Positions 26,590 through 39,490 of a DNA stretch of 64,000 nucleotides are shown piece after piece (positions within the stretch are counted from its first letter, which is position 1; each line of letters opens with the position of its first letter). This DNA comes from Octopus vulgaris (lineage: Eukaryota). The stretch lies in contig OX597820.1 of assembly GCA_951406725.2 (NCBI GenBank), forward strand, positions 104,098,001 through 104,162,000, given 5' to 3'. The notes below the pieces were generated by a model. It was not told the DNA's origin, ran no database searches, and saw nothing but the letters and a program-made list of their open reading frames with translations. The position numbers and the translations under genes were made by a program.

Positions 26590-27059
26590 GGATCACCGCT
26601 AGAAAAAACTGCCGTTCAAACCGAAAAGTTCCCGAGGGACATATTCATACGGCACAGAATGTTTTTTTACCTCAATAGAAGTCATTGATTGGTTAAAATT
26701 GCAGAAATTGAAGGAAAAAAACAACAAATATCTTACAAACTATAGAATTTTCTCAATAAAGCCAAGAGAAAAAGATGTTTTATAAACACATTCTACCAGT
26801 ATACGAAGTTAAAATTTTTTAGTTACCTAGAAATTATGTTAAAAACTGCCGTTCAAACCGAAAAGATCCTGTCCCTCGTTTAAGAAACTCATTGGGTTTA
26901 TTTACATTTGTGAAGAAAAAAAGATACCCTTCCCCCCACCCATAACCCTAACCCTAAAACAGATTGAAATGCAATAGATCGATACTAGGGTCATAATTAT
27001 GGGTGACAATTTCATATGACACCGCTAGAAAAAAACTGCCGTCCAAACCGAAAAGATCC
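26590..27059. mobile_element. Rearranged copy of the 24706-25150 MITE
   Basis: Three TIR ends, left half inverted, outer 8-bp TSD ttaattgt. Confidence 0.85.
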
Positions 27060-27559
27060 TTAATTGTCCCCTATCAAACATACTCACACAAACTTTTATT
27101 TCTAACTGGAGATAAAATGCGTCTACTATCAACTCATTTAAAGCATATTGAAAGCGGTGGAGGGAACATAGACACACTTTCCTCTTTAGAAATTCGAACA
27201 TTAATTTCGAATTCACTGTTCACTAGCGATATAAATATAAATGCATTCAGCTCCAAAAGCCAGTATAGAGTTTCTCTCATGGTATCTACCACAGTATAGT
27301 CTGTTCTAACAAGAACATTCACGTTCCAGTGAGGATAAATAATAACTTTATGTGTGTGTGTGTAATTTACTTTTCCTACGTTGCATTCTCTGATATTACT
27401 GCCAGACTGTTGATAGAACAGTAAATAAATACGCACCGTTAAAGTTTCGTCCTCATCATATTTCAAAGAGAACGTCTTACCAATCAATGTGTGCTTAAGA
27501 AGAAAAAAATTACTTTTGAAACAAACAGTAAGAGACGCATCTAAATTTTTTCTTTCTTT

Positions 27560-28900
27560 TTGTTATTCTTTCATACATATATAATTAGATTTAAACTTTA
27601 TAATTTGCATAAAAGAAATATAGAACGCTAGTGATGAGGTAAGTAAGAAAAGAAGCATAATAAAACTGATGTTCAAAGTATATCGTATCAAATTTCTTCC
27701 TCAAGACTTGACTCACAACTGTCAAGAATAGAGAGTTTTATTGAGAGAAGGGCGAAGGCGAGGGGTGAGGTGGGATGAGAAGCGAAGGGAGTTCAGTTAA
27801 GCAAGGGAGTTAACTCTCAATGCTTCCTCTATTTCCACACAACCTAGGTGGCTGTTATCAGCTAATGTTGTGGCGATCCACTGGTATTTCTGTCTATAAA
27901 GATCGAAAGGTCGGTCGAATATTATTTTGACCAGGACCGACTTCTTTATTTTCCAAGCCTTTAATATTTTCATCGTAGGTAAGATAACTATTTTGCCTTG
28001 CTATAGCCTTTTTTTACTCTTAAAATAACGCTGCTTGAAGCTGGTTAATATTGTCTTACATTTCTTGCTGCCTCAGTATTACAGAGGTGTCCACCAGCTA
28101 TTGGCATGGTGACCGCATTCAGCTACATACACAAACATCATAATGGCTTACTAATTCGTCTTCCTTTTAACTTCTATTTTTGAAATGTCCATTACATTAT
28201 AGCTATATTATATTCATAACAGAAGTGGGGGAAGAAATATTGTTGGTGAAGATATTAGTGAACAATCTAAGCGAGAAAGATCTAGCCTGTTTAATTTCTT
28301 GGTTAAAATTATAGAATTCACAACGTATCTTTCCTTTTCTTTGTGTAATTTATATAGTTGAATAATTTATTGATTAATGATTAATTCAGAACTGTTAAAA
28401 AATTATATATGTATATTTAAACCAAGTATGGACTTCGAAAAATAAGATACAGCGAAATAAGGGGAAAAAAAGTTCGCACTCTTTTTTTTTCTATGTTCGT
28501 ATTCTGTTTTAAGCATATGATTATGATGTTATGAAAATATAGAGGTATATATTTTCTGATCGGCCAAATTTCATCTATTTGTTATTAAAGCTAACATTTC
28601 TAGCTATACTTTCGATTATTAATCATGTAGATAACTATTATTAAGCTCAGTTGTAATGCTTACTCATGCTTAGCTCATTAAAACACTACTTACGAATGCA
28701 TCAATTTAGTGTCGTTCCGATGTCTTACCATTTTATCATGGATATTAAAATAGCCAATTATATCTGACCATCTTCTGTACATTATATTTGATGTATAATT
28801 TTTTTAATTGTTTTTATAAACGGCAAGATATTTGTTGAATTGCAATAAAAAAAAATGACACTCCCGATTCTCTCGTCGATGTAAAGGTAAGATGACCTGT
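27560..28900 (+). promoter_or_regulatory. Candidate KIF3B promoter and first non-coding exon region
   Basis: Repeat-poor, CpG-retaining DNA with a G-rich box at 27745-27790 and strong donors AG|GTAAG at 27639, 27979 and 28887, just before CpG depletion begins. Confidence 0.4.
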
Positions 28901-31900
28901 TGGGTCAGAATATTGATTTCTTGCAAAGGCACAAGGCCTCGCCTTTATAGAAGGAGAATATAAATTGCAATGTTTTGATGTTCGTTCCCTTTTAGGAATA
29001 TTTCTAATATATTTCAAGTAAAATGAGAATTGAAAATGGGATTCGAACTGTTTATCGGGAGTCTATCGTTAATTCGACTTCAGGAATTTGTAATCCAGCT
29101 TAAAATTCATTTGAAAGATCATCGTCAAACGAGAACGTCGAAGTTTACATGGGTGTTGATAATCTCTGATAATATTTCTGACCCAACTGTTTTGATTCAG
29201 ATGATGTATTTAATCATTCTAGGAGATAAGCTTATTAATAACGGACGGTAATTAATATTTATGTTTTAGCTGTCTTCAATTGTATAACATTTATTGCTTA
29301 CTTGAAAATTATTCTGATAATAATATCTTATTAGTAAAGAAAAACAATATTTCGCGATGTATTTTTTGTATATAGATTTTTAAATGTACGAGAATATTCT
29401 TCAATATTTCTTTTCATTTTTACTAAACGTTTTGTTTGTTATTTTGGAAGGTTTTTGCATTTTTATTAAGGCAAAAATAATTCATTTTGAATGGATATTT
29501 TTAAAAATTCAGGTTAAAAGATTTGTGCCACTTTTTCATCTAAAAATAAAAATTGTTTGTGTGTTCTGCGAGATATAAGGAATTACTGATAATCGAAACT
29601 TGTAACACGATTAGCTAACTAAATTTGTTATTAATATAAAGTAGTTGATTTTCTGAACTGGTATTTAGTGCCTTATTTTATGTTCTAAGTTCAAATCCAA
29701 GTCTACGTTACCTTTTCATCCTTCTTGGGTCCATAACATTAGTATAAATTATACTGTCACCATAGTTTGTGATCTTTTGTCAATTTTAAAAATCCCTACT
29801 AACATTTTAAGATGCTACCAAAGCCTTGCATTTTTGAATTTTCTCGTTTCAAATTCTTGTCAATAATGTAAATTAATTATAAGTCTCCTCTTCGGCTTCC
29901 CACAGCTTGTGGAAAATATGACTAATAAACATTATCATCCACCTCTACCAGTTGATTAAATCAACTGTTCGGGGAAAGGGATAGATGCAAATTCAAAACT
30001 GATTAACCAATTTTTTAAATGTTGCATATTGACTAATGATAAGGACAATTCTTCACTTTACAAAGCACAAAAACAATCTTATTTGCTCATTTTTTTTTTT
30101 TGTAATACATTCTAGTGATCTTTCTTTGAAACCATATTCTTATCAGAGGTTTTTTGTTATTTTACAAAACTGTCATATACTCTAGCTGTAATCTGTTGAT
30201 ATCTACATACGAAACAGAAACTATTGTGGAATATTGGTTGTTATGTTTTTTTAAACGTTGTCTGCAGTCACTTCCTTCCTAAGCCATATATCTTGATGAA
30301 AAATTAACAAAAAATACACGTTATCAATTTTATAGTACCATTGAACTGAAGCTTTTTTTCTGTCCCTTGAATTGCTTAAGATTAGTCCATAAGTCAGACC
30401 AAATCCATAATCAATGACTCCTGCCACCATACACTTTTTATTTTTTCCAGACATAGGCAAGGCTGTTTGATTAAGAAGTTCACTTCCCAACTGTATGGTT
30501 CTTTTGGTTCAGTTCCACTATGGCATCTTGGTGGATTTGGTTGCTGGAAACTGAAATGAAAAAAAAATTGTGTGTGTATGCATGGGGTAGGGTGCTTGTA
30601 TGTGTATGGGTGAGTGTGCATGTTTGTATCCCTTTGCTATCATATGATAGTTGTAAAGTGTGTGTATCACTGTCATACAAGTAGTGATCTTCATTTCTGG
30701 CCTTCTGTAAAATCACGTCCAACCAAGGGGAAGTATTGCATTGCTTGGAAACAGGTGAGGTTTGGTGATAGGAAGAGCATCCAGTTATAGAAAATTTACC
30801 TTACCCAGTTCTATCAGATCCATGCAAGCATACAAAAATGAGCATTAAAACAATGATGATGATGTCGCCTTCCTTTATAAAACAATAAGATGTGACTTGC
30901 AAGAGATTTGGGCTCTATTTGTTGCTTGTCAGACAACCAAATAGCGGCTCCTCTCTGGTTTGTCATTTTTGGCTGTTATCACCACAGCCAGAGAAGGAAC
31001 AAATGGAGGTGACATAAGACAGAGGGTGCGCTTGTCAGACAACTTCTCTGGTGCTGATGCTTGATGAAATGCACCCAATTCACAATATTCTAAAGCAGTT
31101 TTTTTCCCTTTGATAGGCAGGGCATCCAGCTGTTTAATAAAAATCATACCAAGATAAAAAAAAAATAGCAGGAGCACAGCTGACATAAAACAGAAGAGGG
31201 ATGCTGTAATCTTGTCTTGGTGGTGATGACCTCTTGACTACAACAAAGATGTCTAGTTTCCATTGTTAGTGCATGTCCTTGATAAACAAGGACTGTGATA
31301 AGTAGCAGGACACTGCGATTGGTGCCAGCAAGGAAAAGTTGATGTAAGAGAATTATACCAACATTCTCAACAACTTTATCCCAAATCCTCTCAAATCATG
31401 CACTTCATTTTTTTTAGTTACTTCAGTAATCTACACCAAAATGTTTTTCTATAGAATTCCTTCAAGTAGTTTCTTTAACTCTGAAAAAAGCCCCTGACTT
31501 TCTCACTTAATGTATTATCATATTAAACATAGGCCCTATGTGTATGTTTTCAATGTTGCAACAGTTATTTGTTATCCTAGATATTGATTGCTCTGTGTTA
31601 ATTTTGATTTGCTTACTATACTTGATCATTGATTATTCTGACTTTATGTTGTCATATCATCACCCTTCGCTGAAGTCATCAACCTCAGTGATGTCAATAA
31701 GTACAGCTCTTCTTCACTCATTTATTTCATCCCACACATGCTGCTAGTGCAAAAACGAGGTCTTCCACAATTCTTAATTTTTTACACCATTTAATTTTGT
31801 CATCTCTTCACACACCCCTGACTGACACATAGATATTCCTGTTAGCCTTGATCCCTTTCTCATCTCCATTCATAGCTTCAGGGAAAATGTTACCATCTCT

Positions 31901-33052
31901 GCATCTATCATTTAGTGTGACCATTGTCCCATCTCATTTACACACTACATAAATACTACACTATGACTACCACCCTTCCCTTATCTCATGGTACTTCAAG
32001 TCCACTAACTGTTCAGATCTCCACCAATTCTATGATAAACTATCTCTGACAACAGAGACAACTAAGTAGTTGACTGAAATCATCAATCATATTTCTCCAC
32101 ATCCCACGCATTCCAAAATATAAATGATTCACACATACATGTGCTGTGGCATTTTAGATGAAAAACATGACCTACGACACTTGGAGTGGATAGCTTTAAT
32201 CTTCTACTGCAGATAATGTATTTGTCCTTGATATCATATCTTGCAAGCTCTTATGCTTCTCAAACTGCACTTGATTCTTTTGGTCACCTGCCAAAAGGGT
32301 TTCTCCTGACATTTTGGGAATTCTCCTTTCTTCCATTTCTCAACCATATTCTGTAGGCATCATTCCATAGAAAAATCCTATACACTTGCTGTTTGCTTTA
32401 TATCTATTTCTACACAGCACACTCTGGGTAAATTTCCTGCAAAATTCTCTCTCTTCGTTCCCCCAGGTTCCCCCCACCTGTACATACACACCTAGCACTA
32501 ACAAATCTTTGGAAACTTCAAATCAACAATGCCACCAACTGTAACAGTGTTTTCCCCATTGCCTTCAAACAATGTGCTCCACAACTGGTCCTTATCATTT
32601 CCAAACACTTTAACAGGCTACATTATGTTCCTTTCCCCAAAAAGAGCGACCTCCTTTGATTCCACCAACTTTTGATCTGTTGTTCCCTCTTCCAGCATCT
32701 CAAAGATGGTGGAGACAGTCACAAACAGTTACCTCTCTCCTCGTCACCTCATCATTTTCTTTACTTTCCAAGCTGGCATGAATTGAGCAGATTGTTATGA
32801 TCCAACTCACTTTTTCTTTGGAGTCACTACTCTCATAGGTGCATCAGAATACCACGTATTGCTCATATGTTCCAGCTGGATTATTTTTTTCTTACAGCTA
32901 CACACATTTCCTAGCATCAATCACTTTACATGGTGTATTGGATGCATTTTATTGTGTCACTTACAGTTCACTGTACTGTTTCAAAGTAAATATAACCCAA
33001 AGATTTGACAGGAAAGAGCAAATAGAAAGTAGTGAGTGTTAAACAGGGTGAT

Positions 33053-33357
33053 GGAGGCACATGGCCTAGGGGTTAGAGCAGCGGACTCGCGGTCGAGGGA
33101 TCACGGGTTCGAATCAAAGACCGGGTGATGTGTGTGTTTATGAGCGAAACACCTAAGCTCCATGCGGCTCCGGCAGAAGGTAATGGCGAAACTTCTGCTG
33201 ACTCTTTCACCACAACTTTCTCTCACTCTTTCCTCCTGCATCTTGCAGCTCACCTGCGATGGACCGGCATCCCGTCCAGGTGGAGAACCTATATGCCAAG
33301 AAACTGGGAAATCAGCCCTTACGAGCCAGGCATGGCTCGAGAAGGAACAAACAACAA
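33053..33357 (+). mobile_element. Young tRNA-derived SINE family C
   Basis: A box tggcctaggggt, B box ggttcgaatc, (AAC)n tail, TSD aaacagggtgatgg. Confidence 0.85.
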
Positions 33358-35090
33358 AAACAGGGTGATGGGCTGTAAGGGGAGGGAGTAATGTGTTGGA
33401 CAGTGATTGGTGCATGTTGGTTGGTGGTCAGGTGATTGAATATAAACACAGCATGAGCAGTGTGATGGGATAGCAGTAAAGATGAGTAATGGATAGTGAT
33501 AGAGATAAGCAATGGTATATGGAAGTGGTGGATATCAATGTAAAATCACTTAGTTGTAGAGAGAGAGAGAGACAGTGTGTGATGGCTAAGAGAAATAGAC
33601 TTGTAAGAGGGATTGTAGAAAAGATGTGGAGTGACAGAACCTTAATATGCTGGCAGCATTTGGGAATAGGGAAGATGGTAACAGAGAGGATAATAAATGG
33701 AGACTTGACAGGAATATAATGGGCAAAAGATCCACTGTAGATGTAACTCCTCTGACACCTTGAATTCTGCTCCTTCTTTAAAAATCACTAGTTTAGCTTT
33801 AGTAAAACCATATCTCCTAGTAAAACCATATCTGTGACCTGCTCTTCTGAGGCACTTGCTATTGAGCCCTCCTCATTTTTCAGAAATTTGGTGAAAACTG
33901 TAATTGTACTTTACATCAGAAAAGAATTCAACTGTGACTGGCTTGTAAATCTCCAAGACAAACTCTGCATATGGGCTTCATTTGTCTTATGTCTCTTGAG
34001 CTGGAGGCTTCCTACCAGATCACACCATCATGGCATATACTAATGGGGCTCTATCTGACCCATGCTTTGTCAACTCTGATGTACTCTAAGGCTCAAGTCA
34101 CTTGTCTTTCCTACTGTCATCCATATTCAGCCCAACCATTTGACCCTGTCCTTTCTCCTCAGACATCAGTCATCTGAAATACATTCTCTGTTCATGTTTT
34201 TCCTGATGTTCAAGAATATTAACTCTTTTGTTCTTATAAGGACTCTTAGATGTAAAGGCCATATATTCCCCCCTTTTCTCCAGAATAAACTGTTAAAAAA
34301 AACATAATTTGCCAAATTACTATTTTCATAAACTTGAACAGTTATAGACATATTCTGTTCTCCAAAGACAGGGAAAACTTTGGAAAAGAAAATATTTTAG
34401 ATTCTTTAAAACTTTACTTGAAAGACAAAGCAAATTCAATTTAATTCACTAATTTCCACAAAATGAAATACGGGACACTTTTATAAGTTAGTGTCTTCCC
34501 CTCTCTTGCAGGTAAAGAAAGCTTTAGTTTAGTGATTAGCATAATAGTGCAACTTAGTACCAGCTTCTTATAATGCATCAAATAAAATATTTAAGTAAAT
34601 ACTATTCATACCTCATCTTCTGTAGAACCAAGACAGTTGACTCGTTTAAGAAGACGGTGCATCTTCTGTGGACTAATATGAAAAACGTTACAAAACAATG
34701 TAGCTCATCAATCCTAGATTGATTTAGCTCTTTTCCACAAACAGAAACACTGGGGAAATGTGTTAAAAGCTATGTTTGTATTTTATCTTCTTTTGTCCAG
34801 TTATTTTATGGATTGAAGTTTAGCATACAAAATGTTTCAGAATATTTAGTCAGGGAAAATATGATGTTAATTAAATTCTAGTTGTTAACCAAAATGAAGA
34901 TCTTAATGAACAGATTCTTGTACCAGACTTGGGTTTTTCTGATATCAAGATCTTCATTCGCTTTCTCTCTGGTAGCAAGCTATATTAAATAACTAGGAAT
35001 GTTGTTTTTCTTTCTCAAAACTCCCTTACATTTTTTTTTATGTGTTTGTATAATATTTTCTTACTGGCTGGCCATCAATGAAGTTTAAAA

Positions 35091-35309
35091 CCCTTTCATT
35101 ACTGTATTTATTTTGAGATGCTCTGTTTCATTCAATTATTTTAGATATAACAACGAATTTAATAAAATAACTTAGTTATCATTAAGCTAGTGTTAGGAAC
35201 ATAAATTGCAACTAAGGTTTGGTGGTATATTTTAATGCAAAACTTATGAAAACAAGACATTTGTACTACAGAGCCAGAGCCAGTTTTGGCTGGGTTGGTA
35301 ATGAAAGGG
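35091..35309. mobile_element. piggyBac-type MITE
   Basis: ccctttcattac / gtaatgaaaggg TIRs with TTAA on the right; homologous to 41111-41328 in the opposite orientation. Confidence 0.75.
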
Positions 35310-36651
35310 TTAAACATTCTAACCACTAACTCCAGACATCTTAATATCTGTCACTATCTGGGTTTAAACTCTTGAGACAGATGTCACTGCGAGTTTCCAA
35401 TCTTTCTCAACTCTACACATTCTTCTAGCCAACAGTAATCCTGTGTAATATCCTCTGCACCTCTATATTACTTACTTGTAATTATGGTAGCATTCACCCA
35501 GGGTGGGTTGAGCTGGCTCTGACCAACAAGTTCACCACATCCGATGGTCGGCCCCAAAAATCTAGCTGTCGAATTTGACAAGTGCTCCACTGGCAGAGCA
35601 AACACATCAGATAGCATGAACACCGTAGCCATAATCGTCATACACTGTTCAGATATAGATTTCGTGTTTGGAGTTTCAGTGGGAATATAAGTTCACATGT
35701 CGTACCCAGTTACATGCACACACACTTTGTGGTGGTGTGATCCATAGTGCACATCTTGCCATCGATTATCAACTGTCTCAGAGGATTTGCTGACCAAGTC
35801 ACCTCCGATTATTAGAGTAGATGTAGCCTTGGTTTGAAGTTAGTTCTAGAGACATGTTTTAACAAAAGCTAAGGGATGCCTCATTTTCAGTGGTCTTCCA
35901 GCACACTGGACACCAACCTGGAATTTCTGAGAGCCCATGCAATTGCTAGATAGTCATTGAATTTACACTAGGTTCGTCTGTCCTTTTGACAGATCTTGTT
36001 TTCAGTCCTGTGGACATAGTTAAGCAAGTCTAGAAGGGATACCATTTTAGTAATGGATGACCCAAACATGCAACAGGTTGTACTGGATTCCATGTTACCT
36101 GTAGCACTCATGCGAAAACTAACAAGTGACCTGACACTATACCTCTATATCATTTTAATTCTTTCTTATTTTCATCTTCATCAAGTGACAATGATACAAT
36201 ATCATTTCAGCTACAGCTACTTTACACTCATGCATGGTTCATTGCTAGATTAATAGGAAAATTGTAAATTGACAAACCATCATCATCCTCTTTCAAAATC
36301 TACCTTCTCTGTTGGCATTGGTTGGACAGTACCTGTTGTACTGTCCAACCAATGACAGATTGGAGAGCTGCATCTTACTTGTATGTTTCGTTTTTGGCTT
36401 AGATTATAATACTGAAGGCTCTTCCTAATCCTGACTACTTTACTGGCTGTACTGGGTGCTTGTTTTTTCCCTTTTTTTCCATGGCACTGGCACAAGTGAG
36501 GTCACCATGTAGTTTGCATGTAAGTAGAATTATAATAGAGAGAAAAATGGTAAAATTTACAGAGATGTTGCTAAAATCAGCTGCTAGACAAAGCAGTTGA
36601 CCATTTTAAGGAGACCTCATCATATTGATCTACAATGCTTAACCTCAAGAC

Positions 36652-36904
36652 CAGTGGTTCTCAATCAAGGTCCATATAACCCTTGGTGGGTCATGTAAGA
36701 TTTTATTGTTAAAATTTATGTGCAACAAGCTGGTTATATTTCTACAAAACAAAATATTTTGAATTTCTTTTATACAATTCCTAATAATATTCAATCATAA
36801 AAATATAATAGTTTTTACACATCAAATGACTATGAAACCTCTACTTTCTTGTATAAAATAGGAATTAAAGGGGTTCATAGGCAAAAAATAATTGAGAACC
36901 ACTG
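36652..36904. mobile_element. hAT (Charlie-like) MITE
   Basis: TIRs cagtggttctcaat / attgagaaccactg; TSD not clear. Confidence 0.7.
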
Positions 36905-37354
36905 CCCTAGGTAGTCATTTGTTATAGTGTGACCCTGGTTTGCTCTGCTTAAGCAGACCAATGTAGCAAAGGTTTCCAATTAGATATTCCAGGATGATCT
37001 ACATTTCTAGCACCATGTCTAACAATTATCATTGACATATGATCAGCATTGGGTCACAGTCTTTCCTTCGGTGGACATAGCATTTTAATAGTTCAAGCAT
37101 CTTCTTCATTATTTAGTTTGCATAAGCATCACAGTTGCACCCATGCTGGTGCACTGCTTGCTTTGCAGCATAAGGGGAATCTAATTTGATCTGTGGTTGA
37201 AATATTTTATCTATACGTTTCCTTATAATGATGTATGAAGATGTATTTTCTAACCTGTAATTTTTTTTTGTCTATTTTCTATTGCAGGATTATGTATTGC
37301 AACTGTGATTCTATACTGCGATAACATTCTAATTGAAAGACTCCATCCAACAAA

Positions 37355-37357
37355 ATG
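37355..37357 (+). CDS. KIF3B: KIF3B-like start codon at the end of a mostly untranslated exon (37288-37357)
   Basis: Strong acceptor ttttctattgcag| at 37287. caaaATG|gtgaat; phase 0 splicing to 42521 gives [16 protein letters not shown], resembling the KIF3B N-terminus. Confidence 0.75.
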
Positions 37358-38291
37358 GTGAATATTTATTCTTCATTTTCAGTTATCCATCTTTTACAGT
37401 TGTTTTGGAAAGGGCAGATACAGCCATCTTCATAAAGAAGATTGGGGTTTGGTGATACATGATAAATTTAGTAGAATAATTAAGGAGCATTTAGTAGTTC
37501 CTTGCATGATAGATTTAGCAGAATAATTAAGGAGTACTTGATGGCTCCACATTAGAGTTTAAAATTGTTCTGATGTCCACTTTTCATCATCATCATTTAA
37601 CATCCACATCCCATGGTAGTATGGGTTGGACAGTTTGACAGGATCCGGTGGGTCAGTGGACTGCATTGTACTCCAGTGTCTGCTTTGGCATAACTTCTAC
37701 AACGTGATGCTCTTCCTTACACTGTCCACTTTACAGCATGTCCTGGATGCATTTTTGTGCCACCAAGGAGCTATGAACCCCAACTGAAGTGGGACTAAAG
37801 TATGGTGTAAGGGCACAGAGCAGGTTTCTTGCTATAGAGGAGCTACTTGACTTCTCACATTTAGAAGAAAGGGTGAGAGTGATTGGGTGAAGTTGGAAAA
37901 AGATAAAATAATAGTAATGTCGTGACTATAAACCAGATGTGTTAGGAAAAATTATTAATTGAACTATTGATAATCAGCTAAGCCATATCTGTTTTATTGA
38001 ATACTTTGCATAAAACAATTATAATTCTTACCTACTATGATGATTTTCCTAGCAGATCATTACAGCAAACTTTATCAAGAATAGACCTTGCAATCCAAAG
38101 ACTTGTTACCCTGTGAAAGATTTGTTTAACTTGGTAAGGCCAAACAGCAAATCAGGCAGTCACGAACAGAAGAAGAGTAAGAATAGGAAATGGAACATGT
38201 ATGACAAACTAGTAGAGTATTAGAAAGGATAATAACCTTGTAATAGAATTTGAATAGCCGTGTCAGAGAGTATCTAAATGCAGAAACTTTA

Positions 38292-38429
38292 GGCGTAGGA
38301 GTGGCTGTGTGGTAAGTAGCTTGCTTACTAACCACATGGTTCTGGGTTCAGTCCCACTGCATGGCACCTTGGGCAAGTGTCTTCTACTATAGCCTCGGGC
38401 TGACCAGAAACTGAAAGAAGCCCATCGTA

Positions 38430-38460
<31 letters not shown>

Positions 38461-38665
38461 GTTTGTGTGTCTGTGTTTGTCCCCCCAACATCGCTTGACA
38501 ACCGATGCTGGTGTGTTTGCATCCCCGTAAGTTAGCAGTTCGGCTAAAGAGACCGATAGAATAAGTACTAGGCTTACAAAGAATAAGTCCTGGAGTCGAT
38601 TTGCTTGACTAAAGATGGTGCTCCAGCATGGCCACAGTCAAATGACTGAAACTTGTAAAAGAAAA
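38292..38665 (+). mobile_element. tRNA-derived SINE family B
   Basis: ggcgtaggagtggctgtgtggtaag A box, ggttcagtccc B-box-like, tail atgactgaaac..taaaag. Confidence 0.85.
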
Positions 38666-38874
38666 GGCAAAAAAAGACTATTATTGTCCACCATAGCTCC
38701 ATAGATTCATCCCCAGTGATATTTTGGAAATGTTATTCACATTAATGGATTACAGATCTCTGTGAAAATAACAACACAATTTAAATTCAAAACACTAACA
38801 TTAATTTCATCATTAATTTATCAAAAATGTTTTTAATTTTGTTACACTAATTAAAATTAAGCTATTATATTTAA

Positions 38875-39077
38875 CCTTTTTGTTACCATATTTCTGTTAA
38901 AATCTGCTGCTTTTGTTTCAGTTAATTTTGAAAATAATGAAGAATTTAGTAGGATAACTTTGTCTTTATTAAGTTATCATGAAATTTTGATTGGAGGTTC
39001 TAATTTAGATCACTTTAAAACAGGAAGTTTGTATCGTAGAACTAGGGTTAGTCTCAAGTGGGTTGGTACCAAAAGGG
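38875..39077. mobile_element. piggyBac-type MITE
   Basis: TTAA|cctttttgttacca ... tggtaccaaaaggg|TTAA. Confidence 0.75.
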
Positions 39078-39119
39078 TTAATTATACTATTTTAATTAAT
39101 TTAGCAAACTAACGAGCTA

Positions 39120-39490
39120 GCCTTCGTGCGGATGGCGCGTTAAGCACACTATTCGATCGTGATCGTTATCGCGTCACCTTACTAGCACTTGTGCTGGTAG
39201 CACGTGAAACATTCGAGCGAGGTCATCGCCAGTGCCACTGGACTGGCTCTTGTGCAGGTGGTACGTAAAAAGCACCATTTGGGCGTGGCTGTTGCGAGCA
39301 CCACCAAACTGGCCCTTGTGCCGGTGGCACGTAAAAGCACCCACTACACTCTCGGAGTGGTTGGCGTTAGGAAGTGCATCCAATTGTAGAAACTCTGCCA
39401 GATCAGATTGGAGTCTGGTTCGTCAGACCCCAGTCAAATCGTCCAACCCATGCTAGCATGGAAAGCGGACGTTAAATGATGGTGATGATA
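39120..39490 (+). mobile_element. Short retroposon sharing the RTE 3' tail (other fragments near 48945-49085, 52950-53120(-), 37590-37760(-), 45135-45300(-))
   Basis: cactctcggagtggttggcgttaggaag ... catggaaagcggacgttaaatgat matches 48420-48584. Confidence 0.75.

Noticed and set aside
25007-26957. True telomere or chromosome fusion site
   Set aside because: Only a few repeats, all inside TIR/TSD-bounded elements.
33053-33125. tRNA gene
   Set aside because: tRNA-like head continues into a SINE body with tail and TSD.
32400-34200. Possible host exons
   Set aside because: Appears to be heavily decayed LINE remnants with stops; no consistent splice phases.
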